A DNA stretch of 64,000 nucleotides from Macrostomum lignano (lineage: Eukaryota), in NCBI GenBank assembly GCA_002269645.1, contig NIVC01001053.1:28193-92192 (forward strand), given 5' to 3'. The notes under the pieces are model-generated. The model saw nothing but the letters and a program-made list of their open reading frames with translations, ran no database searches and was not told where the DNA came from. This document shows, one piece after another, positions 12,090 to 25,440 of the stretch; the stretch's first letter is position 1, and every line of letters starts with the position of its first letter. A program made the translations under genes and the position numbers.

Positions 12090-12535
12090 ATTCAAAGTCA
12101 GTCTTAAAACCATTGAGTGTTTATAGGGCATGCAACAAGCCTAGGAAAAGCATAGTCAAAACTGGAGCCTGACAGGACAATGCTTGACCGCATGTTGCAT
12201 GACTCTTGGGATTTCCTCTGTCACCATAATTTGGCAGATCCCCTAACAGTCCCAATCTCAACCTGTGTGACCAATTTCTATTCTTCAGGCTGAAGAATGC
12301 ACTCCGCAGTATGACCTTTAATAGCTTTCAAGAGGTTGAAGATGCCTTGTTGCAGGTGTTGCAAAGATCTCCGAAACTGCCCTCTGAAACCAGGTGGATC
12401 TGCTCATGGACCATTGCCAGCGTATGATTGCAGACAATGGACACTGCACTATTGATTAAAGTCAAAATATTTTAAGTTTTTACTAGTTTGCTTGTCTAGA
12501 GGTACTGACAACAAGACTTTTGTTCCACCTGTAGT
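12090..12535 (+). mobile_element. Decayed mariner/Tc1 transposase 3' fragment
   Basis: W...DNA*PH (DNARPH with CGA>TGA) and PNSPNLNLCDQFLFFRLKNALRSMTF (SPDLAPCDF.LF motif), followed by a TIR-like end and TA. Confidence 0.7.
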
Positions 12536-13859
12536 AGTATTGTTTCTGTGTAGACTAAAATATACCTATGAAGTAGTATCCAAATATTTGCAGGAAATAC
12601 TAGTTATCATTTTATAATCATTTCCTTTGATTTTTCCTATAGGATCAAAGACATTTTTTATAGATTTTTGCACATTTATACCACCTTGTCATGCCTATGT
12701 TTGCATTTATAAGTGCCAAATCCATAGGGTATTTGCTATAACAAAGGAATTGGCCTGACAGATAGTAAGTTATATGAATCTCTATATACTATTATGGCCT
12801 TAGGGCAAAGAAATGAATCATTTGAAGACTTTAAAAAATCTTAGATGTATAAATTATATAATTTTCTATTTGAAACAACTTGACTTTTAATTATTTTTTA
12901 TTCTATATATACCATCATATACCATCTAGCATATAGAAGTTTTATATATAGCATTCATAAGAGAAAAAGTGGCAAAAGCCTATAAAAGGCTACAAATGAT
13001 CACTTCAATCAGCATTCAAAAGTCTAATCAGATTGATTCTAGACTTACAACTCTAAGGTATAAAGCATCTATATGCTCTGGTATAAGGACTTTTGCAGTC
13101 TTAGATCTAGTGGTTATATATAAAACATAATATATAGGGTATTGGCTTATAGAATTATAAAAAGTATAGTCAAAATTAGTTTTAAAAAAGAATCCCTAGT
13201 AGAATTTTTATAAATTTATATTATATCAAAATTCAACTGATATTCATGCCAATTTTTTTCAGTATGAGCAAAAGTGCTTCTTTTACAATTAGTTTACAAT
13301 TAGATGTCCCACTCTAGTTAGCAGTTTCCATGCCTTCTTGAGCCATTGACTGCTACTAATGGCAGCTCTTCCTTTTTCCCTCTCCTTTTTTCACCTTTTG
13401 GCTGACTGTGTTCTCTTCCTTACCCTTCCCTTTTTGCTATGTTCTTGCTTTTTTAGTGTCTAAGCCTTTCTGCTTAGCCTATTCTTGGTTCATTGACTAT
13501 CTGGCCCACTTTTCCTGCAGGACCAGCAACATTGTCATTGCCTTGTTAATATAGACCTCTCCTGTGACTTACCCACACAGATGCGCCATTTCTTCAATCA
13601 AAGGCAACAAACATAACTAAAGCTAGATTTTGGTCTAGTGGCCTGACAAGCATAGTTTCTAGCCCATTGCACCTGGAAGCAGGCTGCTAAGAGCTCAGAG
13701 GCACCTTATATGAAAGTAATACTTTTAGCATCAGGCAGAAGCCATCCCAAAAGCCACTCAGCTTGAAGTGTACAATCTAGGCCCTAGCAAGGTTGCCAAG
13801 GCCAATGCTACTATGTCAATGCCTGACCTTAGGAAAGTTATAATGCTTATGTCAGTATA

Positions 13860-15660
13860 AAGAAAATACAAAAACTAAACTAACAACATTTTAATCAGAG
13901 TTAAATTGAATAAGATAAGGAACCAATAAATGGGCACAGGGCCCAAACTGATATATTTATAGAACATTAACTTTGAAGGGAGGGGGTTTGAACCCAGAAT
14001 AATAAGGAGAGGGGTGGAGTGCGTGACTGAAGAGAGAGGTGAGAATGAAGAGCCAATCAAAAGGTGGCAAGGGAGAAAGAGATAAGAAAAACAAGATTGA
14101 GCTAGACAGAGAGAGAAAACAAAGTAAACAGAGACAAGTGAAGGTAAAATCTTAAAGAAATGACTAGGAAAGTTGCCACACCCCCAAAAATAGAACATTT
14201 TTAATTAGCAACTACCAATTGAAATTTGAGTTAGAATTAGGTTGAATCAAATTAGAAAACACATTCACAACAAATGGTGTACAAAACAATTAGAAAAATA
14301 CATACAATACAACTAAGAATTTGAATACAAAAGCAGTAGAGTGAATGCAAAATATTAAGACAATTTCAAACTTAGATTTTTAATGAGTAGTTTTTTAAAC
14401 CAATAAGAAGACTGAAAGGAATGAATAGAGATGAGACTTGATAGACCAGCCCCCCCTTAAAAATTGCAATTTTTAACTGATAACAACTGTCCGAGACAAC
14501 TGGAGACACTGACAAGAGAGGAGGGGACCAAGTGAAAAAAGTTTGACAAGAGACCGGTGAGATTGACTGCTGACACCAACTCCAAAAAAATGACGATAGC
14601 CTGAGTTGAATTGTGAATATGCCACCATCACTGACTCTGAAGACGAGATCAATAGCCGAGAAGAGGGAAAAAGCCACTGGCACCGACTCCAAAGAGGATA
14701 CTGACAGCCCAAGTTGAAATGTGAATATGCTGCCGGCACCGACTCCAAAGACAAGACTGGCAACCAGAGATAAGCAACAAGGCCAACAACCAGAAATGAG
14801 TGACAAGGCTGGCAACCAGAAATGAGTGACGAGGCTAGCAACCAGAAATGAACGACAAGGCTGGCAACCAGAAATGAGCAACAAGGCTGGCAACCAGAAA
14901 TGAGAAATGAGGCTGGCAACTAGAAATGAGCAACAAGGCTGGCAACCAGAGATGAGATGATTGAGAGGCCAGCAGACAAGACAATTTGAGAGGCCGGCAG
15001 ACAAGATGATGAGAGGCTGGAGATGAGACAATTGAGAGGCCAACAGATGAGACAATTGAGAGGCCAGCAGACGAGATGATTGAGAGGAAGGCAGATGAGA
15101 CAATTGAGAAGAAGGCAGATAAGACAGTTGAGCAGCCAGCACATGAGACGATTAAGAGGCTGGCAACCAGAGACGAGACAATTGAGAGGCTGGCAACTAG
15201 AGACAAGACAATTAAGAGTTGATGATGGGATGACAAGATGACGCCAGGACAAGACTAAAAAAGCCAGCCAGCCAAGCTGGCAGCCACTTTATGAACTGAC
15301 TACATCTTGTCTTGGGTTCTATTTTTGTTTGGGTGCCATGTAAAGAAAATACTAAACTAAACTAACTAAATTTTAATTAGTTAAATTAAATAAATAAGGA
15401 GCCAGTAAGTGGGCACAGGGCCCAAACTGATATATTTATAGAACATTAACTTTGGGGGGGGGGGTTTGAACCCAGAATAATAAGGAGAGGGGTGGAGTGT
15501 GCAACTGAAGAGAGAAGTAAGAATGGAGAGCCAATCAAAAGATGGCAAGGGAGAGAGAAATAAGAATAACAAGATTGAGCTAGACAGAGATAGAGAGAAA
15601 ACAGAGTAAACAGAGACAAGTGAAGGTGAACTAAAGAAATGACTAAGAAAGTTGCGACAG
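13860..15660. repeat. Two ~330-bp direct repeats (13860-14200 and 15340-15660) flanking an interior with ~25-bp GACAAGGCTGGCAACCAGAAATGAG tandem units; possibly an old LTR-type element
   Basis: Both copies share GGGCACAGGGCCCAAACTGATATATTTATAGAACATTAACTTTG...GTTTGAACCCAGAATAATAAGGAGAGGGGTGGAGTG. A weak zinc-knuckle-like CWSCRKSG is on the minus strand near 13500-13530. Confidence 0.6.
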
Positions 15661-17304
15661 TCAATGTAGTTAGCTCCATTAAGACCATAGAGACCAAGAT
15701 GAATGCTACTATGCCATGCATACTCATGGAGCCATCTAGCTGCCAAGCTCTAGTAGGCTTTACCAATGGCCTTGCTACCTTCTTTGATTGTACTGGCAGA
15801 CCATGAAGATGTTTCTATCTAAATAGTTGACAAAACATCTTTATGGAACATCTTTATCTAAAAAATACCTGTCATTGCTAGCAACTGTGATCCCATTTCT
15901 TATTCTTAACTTAGCAGATAGAGTATTAAAAAATATAAAGCAAATAACTATTATATTAGTATCTTTTTACCAATTAAATATAATAGCAACTAAGATAGCC
16001 CCTAGCCATATGCTATAACTAAGTTGTATTTGACTTTGTGTATACCTAGGACTAGGTCTAGGCCTAAGCTTAAAATGACAAATAGGCCTAATAATTTTTA
16101 AGCAATTTCAAGGTTCTTTAACTTCTTAGAAAAAAACAATTTAAAATGAATACTAACACTTTAATCTCTAAGGCTTTTCATATTGCCTATTCTAGAATAG
16201 GCCCTAAGAATTGGTTCTAAGCTTTTCATATTATCTATTCAACTCTATTCCATTTTCAGAATTGGTTCTGGGTTATCCCATGATAGGGTCATCAAAGGTA
16301 TAGAAATTTTTATAAAAATTATTTGCAAATGTGAATATTTCATTTTGTATATAATTATGTATAGTTTCATTTTTATGTAGTTTCATACACATTTATCTAC
16401 CTCTAGGTATATATATTTTGTTTTGATCATGGTACCCCTGCAAAATTTTAAATGTCCCGCGGGACTTTATAAAAAGTTTAATCTAGTTTTCAATAAGAAA
16501 AAAAGTTAATAAACATAATGCATCAAGTGCATAAATAATAAAAATCTTTCTTTCTTATATCTAAAGACTGAAATTATAAAGTTTTATGATCTAATATAGT
16601 TCTATCTATCATAACTTTTTATTTTAAAAAGTTTGACTTCCCTTTTTTTAAGTGTTAAAAACGACCATCATTTTTTTTACAAAAAGTTGTTGTACTAATT
16701 TTCAAGAGGTTTATAAGTTGATAATTTTTTGCTAAAATATTTTCTGAGCCTATATTTAAGTTTATAGTCATTTTTGTTAGTTTATGATAAGTTTAACATG
16801 CTAAAAAAACCCTGCAAAGTTACCTAACGACCATCATTTTCTGGTATTCTGAAATCTGTTGATCTTCATAAAACCTGAATTATTATCATTTATTCCTAAA
16901 TTTTATACAAAAAACTGAATTTACTGATATTCTAAAATCATGTCTTTTTTTAAATGTGAACTACTTATTCAATCTCTCTTTCAAAGTTTTTACAGTTTTG
17001 ATTGTAAAGAAAAATATAGTGGAATTCAAGTCTTTTATTAAAAATGTATACTGTCAATTACTTGTTTGATACCTTAAAATCATTTTCAACCTGCACTATT
17101 AAAAAGGTTGTTCCAATTACTAACCATGCACCTAGAACTCTCCACTTTAGTTTGCAACTAGCAATCTTCGCCCCCCGATGGGGGACATCTGGATAGAATC
17201 TCTGTTCTCTACAATTAACAAAAAGACAGCCAAAAAATCCTTCACAAATACAACAGACAAACTGCTCAAATGAAGTGAATTGCAATAAGAAATCTTCCCA
17301 AGAC

Positions 17305-17810
17305 CACAAGCATCCCCCAGATAGCAAGCATCCTCCAGATAGCAAGCATTCTCCCAGATAGCAAGCATTCCCCAGATAGCAAGCATCCCCAAGATAGCAA
17401 GCATCCCCCAGATAGCAAGCATCCCCCAGATAGCAAGCATCCCCCAAGATAGCAAGCATCCTCCAGATAGCAAGCATCCCCCAGATAGCAAGCATCCCCC
17501 AGATAGCAAGCATCCCCCAGATAGCAAACATTCCCCAGATAGCAAGCATCCCCAAGATAGCAAGCATCCCCAAGATAGCAAGCATCCCCAAGATAGCAAG
17601 CATCCCTCAGATAGCAAGCATCCCCCAGATAGCAAGCATCACTCAGATAGCAAGCATCCCTCAGATAGCAAGCATCCCTCAGATAGCAAGCATCCCTCAG
17701 ATAGCAAGCATCCCCCAAATTGCAAGCATCGCCCAGATAGCAAGCATCCCCCAGAAAGCAAGCATCCTCCAAATAGCAAGCATCCCCCAGATAGCAAACA
17801 TCCACCAGAC
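17305..17810. repeat. 18-bp satellite CCCCAGATAGCAAGCATC inside Helitron
   Basis: About 28 tandem units. Same unit as 56098-56937 in the opposite orientation. Confidence 0.95.
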
Positions 17811-17904
17811 AATAAGTAGCTAGAGCGACAATTTCCTTAGCTTTATAGTGGCTCCTTTAAATTGGCATGGCGCTTTATACCTTTACATTTGAAATTGGAT
17901 ATCT

Positions 17905-19405
17905 TGAATGTTTGACATGGTGGCTCTTTTATGTTTGAAATAGTGGCTCTTCTATGTTTGACATGGTGGCTCTTTTATGTTTGACATGGTGGCTCTTCTA
18001 TGTTTGACATGGTGGCTTTTTTAGGTTTGACATGGTGGCTCTTTTATGTTTGACATGTTGGCTTTTTAATGTTCGACATGGTGGCTTTTTAATGTTTGAC
18101 ATGGTGGCTCTTTTAGGTTTGAACTGGTGGCTCTTTAATGTTTGACATGGTGGCTCTTTAATGTTCGACATGGTGGCTCTTTAATGTTTGACATGGTGTC
18201 TGTTTTATGTTTGACATGGTGGCTCTTTAATGTTCGACATGGTGGCTCTTTAATGTTTGACATGGTAACTCTTTTATGTTTGATATGGTGGCTCTTTTAT
18301 GTTCGACATGGTGGCTCTTTAATGTTCAACATGGTGGCTCTTTAATTTTTGAAATGGTGGCTTTTTTTGTTTGACATGGTGGCTCTTTAATGTTCGACAT
18401 GGTGGCTCTTTAATTTTTAACATGGTGACTCTTTTATGTTTGATATGGTGGCTCTTTTATGTTCGACATGTTGGCTCCTTTAGGTTTGAAATATTGGCTC
18501 TTTAATGTTTAACATGGTGGCTTTTCTATGTTCGACATGGTGGCTTTTCTATGTTCAACATGGTGGCTCTTGTATGTTCGACATGGTGGCTCTTTTAATG
18601 GTCGACATGGTGGCTCTTTAATGTTCTTCATGTTGGCTCTTTTATGTTTGACATGGTGGCTTTTTTATGTTTGACATGGTGGCTCTTTTATGTTCTACAT
18701 AGCTGCTCTTTTATGTTCGACATGGTGGCTCTTGTATGTTCGACAGGGTCACTTTTTTAGGTTTGAAATGGTGGCTCTTTAATATTTGACAAGGTGGCCC
18801 TTTAATGTTTAACATGGCGGCTCTTTAATGTTCGACATGGTGGCTCTTTAATGTTCTTAATGGTGTCTGTTTTATGTTTGACATGGTTGCTCTTTATTGT
18901 TCGACATGGTGGCTCTTTAATTTTTAACATAGTAACTCTTTTATGTTTGACATGGTGGCTATTGAATGTTCGACATGGTTGCTCTTTAATGTTCGACATG
19001 GTTGCTCTTTAATGTTTGACATGGTAACTCTTTTATGTTTAATATGGTGGCTCTTTTATGTTCGACATGGTGGCTCTTTAATTTTCGACATGGTGGCTCC
19101 TTTAGGTTTGAAATGGTGGCTCTTTAATGTTTGACATTGTGGCTCTTTAATGTTCGACATGGTAGCTCCTTTAGGTTTGAAATGGTGGCTCTTTAATGTT
19201 CTTAATGGTGTCGGTTTTATGTTTGACATGGTGGCTCTTCTATGCTCGACATGGTGGCTCTTTAAAGTTTGACATGGTGGCTCTTTAATTTTCGAAATGG
19301 TGGCTGTTTTATGTTTGACAAGGTGGCTCTTTTATGTTCGACATGGTGGTTCTTTAATGTTCGACATGGTGGCTCCTTTAGGTTTGACATGGTGGCTCTT
19401 CTATT
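17905..19405. repeat. 23-bp satellite TTTAATGTTYGACATGGTGGCTC inside Helitron
   Basis: Tandem degenerate units. Same family as 53420-56005. Confidence 0.95.
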
Positions 19406-21968
19406 GTGCTTTTTTTATGTTTAGCAGTTTTTTGATTTTAAGGTGTTTTAATAAAAAAATTATTTTGCGCTTCTAAGATTCGAACCCAGGTCGCTACATT
19501 AGCATTCCAGTCTGTTCGCATCAGGGCTATCTCTTTTCAATTAGAGAACATGAATTGTGGCCCTTATAATTCAATTCTTACAGCAAGTCAATTGGAGTAA
19601 AAAGTTATGACAATCAATTTCTCAGTCAGCCAGTATCAGTCTCACTTCAAGTTAGCAATATGGTTACACAATTTAAATCATGTCGTATGTGCATTTCTTC
19701 GGCACTGTTTTCAACTTGTTGTGATGCAATCTTTATCACAATCGGAATTCAGCCAGTCAGATTTTTCTCTAGCATTCTTACAATGCATTTCAAGTCGAAA
19801 ATTTGGCTTGACCTTTGCAAAAAAGCGTGTTTTTCGAATATTTAATCCCTTTAACATTGAGCAATTTCTTAGCCAAGATGCATGTACTGTGCCAGGAAAA
19901 TTTCTGATCGAATGGTGCAAGTTTGAAGAAAATCGGTTGAGCCATTTTTTCTGAAATCAATCGCATACCCATATACCTACATACATACATACATACAGAC
20001 AACTCATTTTTAGTATATAGGATGCACCTTAACACATGCCCTAATCTTCAGCATAAGTAGTCTAACTAGACTCAAGTTTTTACTATCCATTGGTGCTACT
20101 GCTTATTGCCTAACAAATAATCTGTATTTGCCTTTGGTTTTGTTAATTGTTATATTCTATTCTTTCAATTCTTGAATAGATTAGGACTGTCCATCTTTAT
20201 GATCATATGTTGAGTTGTGCAATCATGAAGTGATGTTTTTGTTGAAGGTGCATAAGTACGTTTGATCTGAAATGTGAAATAGGTATAATAAATTTTATGG
20301 TTAGACAAGCAAGTTATAGTTTTTATATGAACAACTATGGATTATAAACAATCTTTTAACTGAGATCTTATCTAAAAATAGAGAATCCTAATACACTTTT
20401 TAAAACTGAAGGTTGTTTTTTTGAAACAAACAACCGTCAGTTAATGACCGTCATTTAAGAAAAAATGTGTAACACAGTTCAAGTTATCTACTAAAATGTA
20501 ATAATTGTTTGTAACCATTCATCTAGCTATTGTTTACTACAATTAATGATCAATTGAGACAAAAACTTGCCTGATTCGCAGGAATCTTAAACTTAAGTTA
20601 TAAAGTTGGATAGGCCCTACATAAAATTTCACCAAAAACGACCGTCATTGAAAGTTTCTCTCTGCTAAATCAACACAGTAAGACAAATGACTTTAAAATG
20701 TATATCATCTCAATCTAGAGATCACGCCCATAAATATAGAACTCACAAAGTCTCAATTTAGTTTGTCTTTTGTATGATTACTGATTATTATTTGCTCCAA
20801 CCCAACGACCGTCATCTCGTGGAATTACCCTTCTAGATTCTAGAATTTCTAGAACTCTAGAATTTAGTTTGAGAACTAGCAATATTTGCCCCCCAATGGT
20901 TGATGGAGGACATCTAAATAGAATCTCTGTTCTCTACAAGTAACAAAAAGACAGTGAAATAAAACCTTCACAAAGACAACTGACATTCCCTCTAAAAAGA
21001 AAACATCCGGAGATAGCAAGTATCCCCCAGATAGCAAGCATCCCCCAGATAGCAAGCATTCCCTAGATAGAAAGCATCCACTAAACAACAAGTAGCTAGT
21101 GCAACAATATCCTTAGCTTTAAAGTTGCTAAATTTTGTTTGGCATGACACTTTTTTACGTTTGAAATGGTGTATTTTTATGTTTAAAATAGTGTCTTTTT
21201 ATGTTTGACATGGTGGCTCCCTTATGTTTGACAGGGTTGCTCCTTTATGTGTGACATGGTGACTCTCTTATGTTTGACATTGTTTCTCTTTAATGTTTGA
21301 CATGGAGTCATATATATGTTTGACATGGTAGCTCTTTAATGTTTGACATGGTGGCTCTTTTATGTTTGACATGGTGGCTTTATTATGTTTGACATGGTGG
21401 CTCTTGAATGTTTGATATGGTGGCTCTTGAATGTTTGACATGAAGTCACGTATGTTTGACATGGTAGCTCTTTAATGTTGGACATGGTGGCTCTTTAGTG
21501 TATGACATGGTGGCTCTTTATTGTTTGAAATGGTGGCTTTTTTATGTTTGACATGGAAATAGAGCCTCTTTATATCGCTGGTTCAAAAAATGGAACCGGT
21601 TCCAAACTGGTTCAACGCTCTTTATATAAATGGTTCAAAAAACAGAATTAGTTCCAGAACATAGTTTTGGTTCTAGAATATGGTTTGAGAAATTTTCTCA
21701 AACCAATGTCATGTTTACACTTTAACAGTAAAATATAGTTGAAATTGTCAATTTTTTATTATTGTTATATAACTTTTCTGTTTTTTTGTTATATCCAAGA
21801 GGAAACAAAGTCAAAGAATGACAAAATTAAATTGTAAAGGCTGTCAAACATAAAATGGGTTCAAAGCTCCTCATTTCACACTGGTTCTAGTTCTAGAACT
21901 CGAATGTAGCTCTTTAATGTACAACATAGTGACTCTTTTATGTTTGGCATGGAGTCACATATATGTTT

Positions 21969-22357
21969 GGTAATCTTTTCTTACCCGACCATAAATTATT
22001 TTCTAAGTTTTTTGCGAATTTTTTTATATTTAAAATGTAAATATTTTTTACAGGCTTACGGTAAAAGCTAAAAGTCAGCATGGGTAAAAGTCAGCATGGG
22101 TAGTAGTGCCGGACCCAGTAAATGAAATTTTTAAAATTAACTAGCCATTGATGAAAGGATGCAGAAAACACGTTAAAGACATGAGAAAAAATTTTTGAGG
22201 AAAATTATTAAAAAATTAAAAAATCTAAAATTAAAAACATTTTTTTCTTTTCTTAAAATGTGCGCCCCACATATATACACAACTTCAGCCAAAAAAATTA
22301 AAAGAAACTGAAACAGGAAGCCAAAAACAATTTACGGTCGGGTAAGGAAAGATTACC
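21969..22357. mobile_element. MITE with 29-bp TIRs and 8-bp TSD (Merlin-like GGTAA termini)
   Basis: TIR GGTAATCTTTYCTTACCCGACCRTAAATT at both ends. TSD ATATGTTT at 21961-21968 and 22358-22365. Confidence 0.85.
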
Positions 22358-22732
22358 ATATGTTTAACATGGTGGCTCTATAATGTTTGACATGGTGGCT
22401 CTATTATGTTTGGCATTGTGGCTTTTTTATTTTTGACATTGTGCTTATTTTATGTTTAGTATTTTGTTTTTAAGGTATTTTATTAGAAAAAATTATTTTG
22501 CACTACTAAGATTTGAACTTAGGTCACTACATTAACAGTCTAGTTTGTTTGCATCTAGGCTATCACTTTTCAATTGGAGAACATGAATTGTGGCCCTTAT
22601 AATTAAATACTTATAGCAAGTCAGTTAAAGTAGAAAGTTATGACATGATCAATTTCTCAGTCAGCTAGTATCAGTCTCAATAATTTAAGTTAGGCCTAGT
22701 AATAGGCCTATTGGTTAGGGCCTACACAATTT

Positions 22733-22844
22733 GGCTATCCTGTAGTTTCGCACGTTAAATTATTTTACGGAATTATTTCGCCCTCTATTCAAGGGTGGTG
22801 GGGGGTGGGGGTTATAATTAAACATGCGAAACTACAGGATAGCC
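22733..22844. mobile_element. 112-bp MITE with ~30-bp TIRs and 8-bp TSD
   Basis: TIR GGCTATCCTGTAGTTTCGCAYGT. TSD CACAATTT at 22725-22732 and 22845-22852. The sister Helitron has a single CACAATTT at the equivalent site (~19668). Confidence 0.85.
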
Positions 22845-24191
22845 CACAATTTCAATCAAGTCTTATGTGCATTTCTTTGACACTATTTTTAACTTCTTAT
22901 GGTATTCTTTTTATTAGAATTGAAATTCAGTCAGTCAGTTTTTTTCTAGCATTTTTACAATGCATTTCAAGTCAAAAATTTTGCTTAGCCTTAGCAAAAA
23001 ATCATTTTTTTGAATATTTAATCCCTTTAACATTGAGCAATTTCTTAGCCAAGATTCATGTACTGTCCCAGGAAAATTTCTAATTGAATGGTGCAAGTTT
23101 GAATAAAATTGGTTGAGCCAATTTTTCTGAAATCTATTACATACCTACCCACAGACAACTCATTTTAAGTATATAGGAAATTTTTTTGATCCATCCATGA
23201 CCATTGCATATTTACATTTTAATAGTAGGGCCTAGCCTACAACATATATTTTAAATCTTCAATTTTTTATGATTGATATTTTTTAGAACTCTGTTTTTTG
23301 TTAGATCCAAGATAAAGCCAAAGACAAAGAAAGACAAAATAAATCATAAAGACTGACGAAGAAAAAAATGGGTTTGAAGCTTAGGCCAGGGCAGGCCTAT
23401 CATTTTCCTGCCAATTCTAGGCCCCTAGTTCTGGAATTGGTAATTGGAATTATTCTGGTTCTAAAACCAATCTTCATGAAAAGCCTTTTAGGCCTATAAA
23501 TAACCTGTAGCACTTCATTCGGTCAGGTCTTGAGGTGCACCGGTCTTGAAAATAAAAAAATAAAGAAATGTTAAACCTTTTAATTTAATCGAGCTCCAAT
23601 TCCTATTTCGTCGACTTATTTATAAATTCGAATAAAGCACTAATTCGAATAGGCCTAGGCCCTAGGTTTGTAAAATTGTCAAGGTTTTTTTGTCGGGTAA
23701 ATTTTTATCAAGAAATTTTTTTTGGTCATCTCGTCTGCCGCCTTCCCGTCTGCCGTCAGACAAAACGACTTTTTAAAAAGAAAAAGTAAAATATAGCTAA
23801 ATAACTGGTAAAGCTAATTTTCATAAAAAGATATTGCGAGTCATGCAAAGAGTCCTTGTAAGATGTCTTTTTGTATGCGTAGTTTTGTTTGTGGCAACAT
23901 TTCAAAGAAGTATTATATTTAATTTAAACATGGACCGTTGAAAAATGTTATTGTATAAAAAACCGCAAAAAAACCCTATGTGGTCTTTCAAATTTTATAT
24001 TTTATACAATTTTGTTGTCATCTAATTAATATCTATATAATTTACTTTTATAACGTAAGGACTAAGCTGTTTTGTGCAATACCGCCAACTACATACATAA
24101 ATTTTAAAATTTCACGCAATACTCTTTTTAACTTCTTGCTTTTTCTTTCGCTTCGTTAATCGTCCAAGTTTCGTTAATGACTTACTTACTT

Positions 24192-24451
24192 GGGCCTTTT
24201 CATATTACCAATTCCAGAACCAGAATCAGTTCGGAATTCCAAGAAAAACAGCAGTATAACTATTAAACTCTGTTAATATTTGACTGCCTTAACAACCTAA
24301 CTTAGCACAATTTTTCACTTTCTTCTTGGCCATTGTCATTCAATAATAAAAACTTTATAGTACGTATCTCCGTCTAGTTATGGAGACAAAAAGTTATACT
24401 TCACTAATTGGTTCTGGTTCTGGAACCAGAGCAAGCAATATGAAAAGGCCC
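24192..24451. mobile_element. MITE with GGGCCTTTTCATATT TIRs (PIF/Harbinger-like termini, 3-bp CTT flanks)
   Basis: Perfect 15-bp inverted termini with CTT on both sides. Confidence 0.6.
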
Positions 24452-24619
24452 CTTGACTTAGCTGCAGGGCTGTCCCGGAGAAGTTTCGTTAATAACATTT
24501 CCGCGTTTTTTCAAATACCATATTGCAAAACTCGTACTGAGTCAGAAAAGAGCTCACTGGTGTAGCTAAAATATATGAAGTCATGAATAGCTAAAACAGT
24601 TATGCAAACTGAAACAGAC

Positions 24620-25140
24620 ATATCAGCAGTGTAATAAATCCGCTTTTCTTTTGTTTATTCATTTACTGTCTTTTTAATTTCCTATTTAATTAGCATTTAA
24701 TTAGTATTTAATTAGTTTCCTATCTAATACCTATTTAAATCGTCGCTATTCGTTTAACGTTAAAGTTCTTTCGAAGTTCGTTTTTGTTCATTTTTCGTTC
24801 GTTTTTCACGCTTTGAAATATTGCGCGCTTGCAAAATACTACATCTTTTTACAAAAAACGCTCTTTCAAATACCTTAATAATTTTACAAATATCGTAACT
24901 CGAATCGTAACTCGTGTAAAAATTTAACCTTTTGAACAAATTTAACCTTTTGAACTTAATCGTAATTAAACAACTAATGCTAAAATAACTTAAATACACA
25001 GAAATATACTGGCCAAACAGGCTTCTTGCCTGAGCCAACTTACTACTACTACTACTACTACTTAATCGTAATTAAATAACTAATGCTATAATATATTGGC
25101 TAAACAAGGCTTCTTGCCTGAGCCAACTTACTACTACTAC
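24620..25140. repeat. Dispersed AT-rich repeat, inverted copy at ~47405-47890
   Basis: Shared blocks CCGCTTTTC...TTTATTCATTTACTGTCTTTTT, AAAGTTCTTTCGAAG and GCCTGAGCCAA..TACTACTAC. Confidence 0.7.
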
Positions 25141-25440
25141 TACTACTTGTGACATGCAAAATGTGACATGTGTCCTGATGCAAAGCTTATTCATAATAAA
25201 CAAAAAGTTAGTATATAGTAATATAGCCATATAGGTTGAATATTCTACGTTTGGTTGGGTCTTTTGAGTAGCCTAATAATATTTTTAGATGCACTTGTAC
25301 TTTTAAAAATGTTTTTGTTATCTTTTCTTTAATTATTTTTAAGATATAAAGTCCAGATATTTCCTTTTAATTTTATATACACATGAATAATAATTCATTG
25401 TGATGTATTTAATATTTTGTTGGCAATGGCTAATAGGAAA

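Larger units (their letters stand above)
17158..20022 (-). mobile_element. Non-autonomous Helitron-like element carrying internal satellites
   Basis: Starts A|TCCTATATACTAAAAATGAG followed by a (TATG)n microsatellite. Ends in a GTCCCCC-ATC-GGGGGGC hairpin, 8 nt, then CTAG|T. Insertion between A and T is the canonical Helitron signature. Confidence 0.85.
20876..23178 (-). mobile_element. Second Helitron-like copy with short satellite arrays and nested insertions
   Basis: TCCTATATACTTAAAATGAG at 23178 and hairpin plus CTAG at 20876-20879. It has the same core, tRNA-like segment and 18/23-bp units as the first copy. Confidence 0.8.

Noticed and set aside
14372-15252. 256-aa hydrophobic minus-strand ORF and neighbours
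   Set aside because: Low-complexity translation of degenerate tandem repeats, with no domain motifs.
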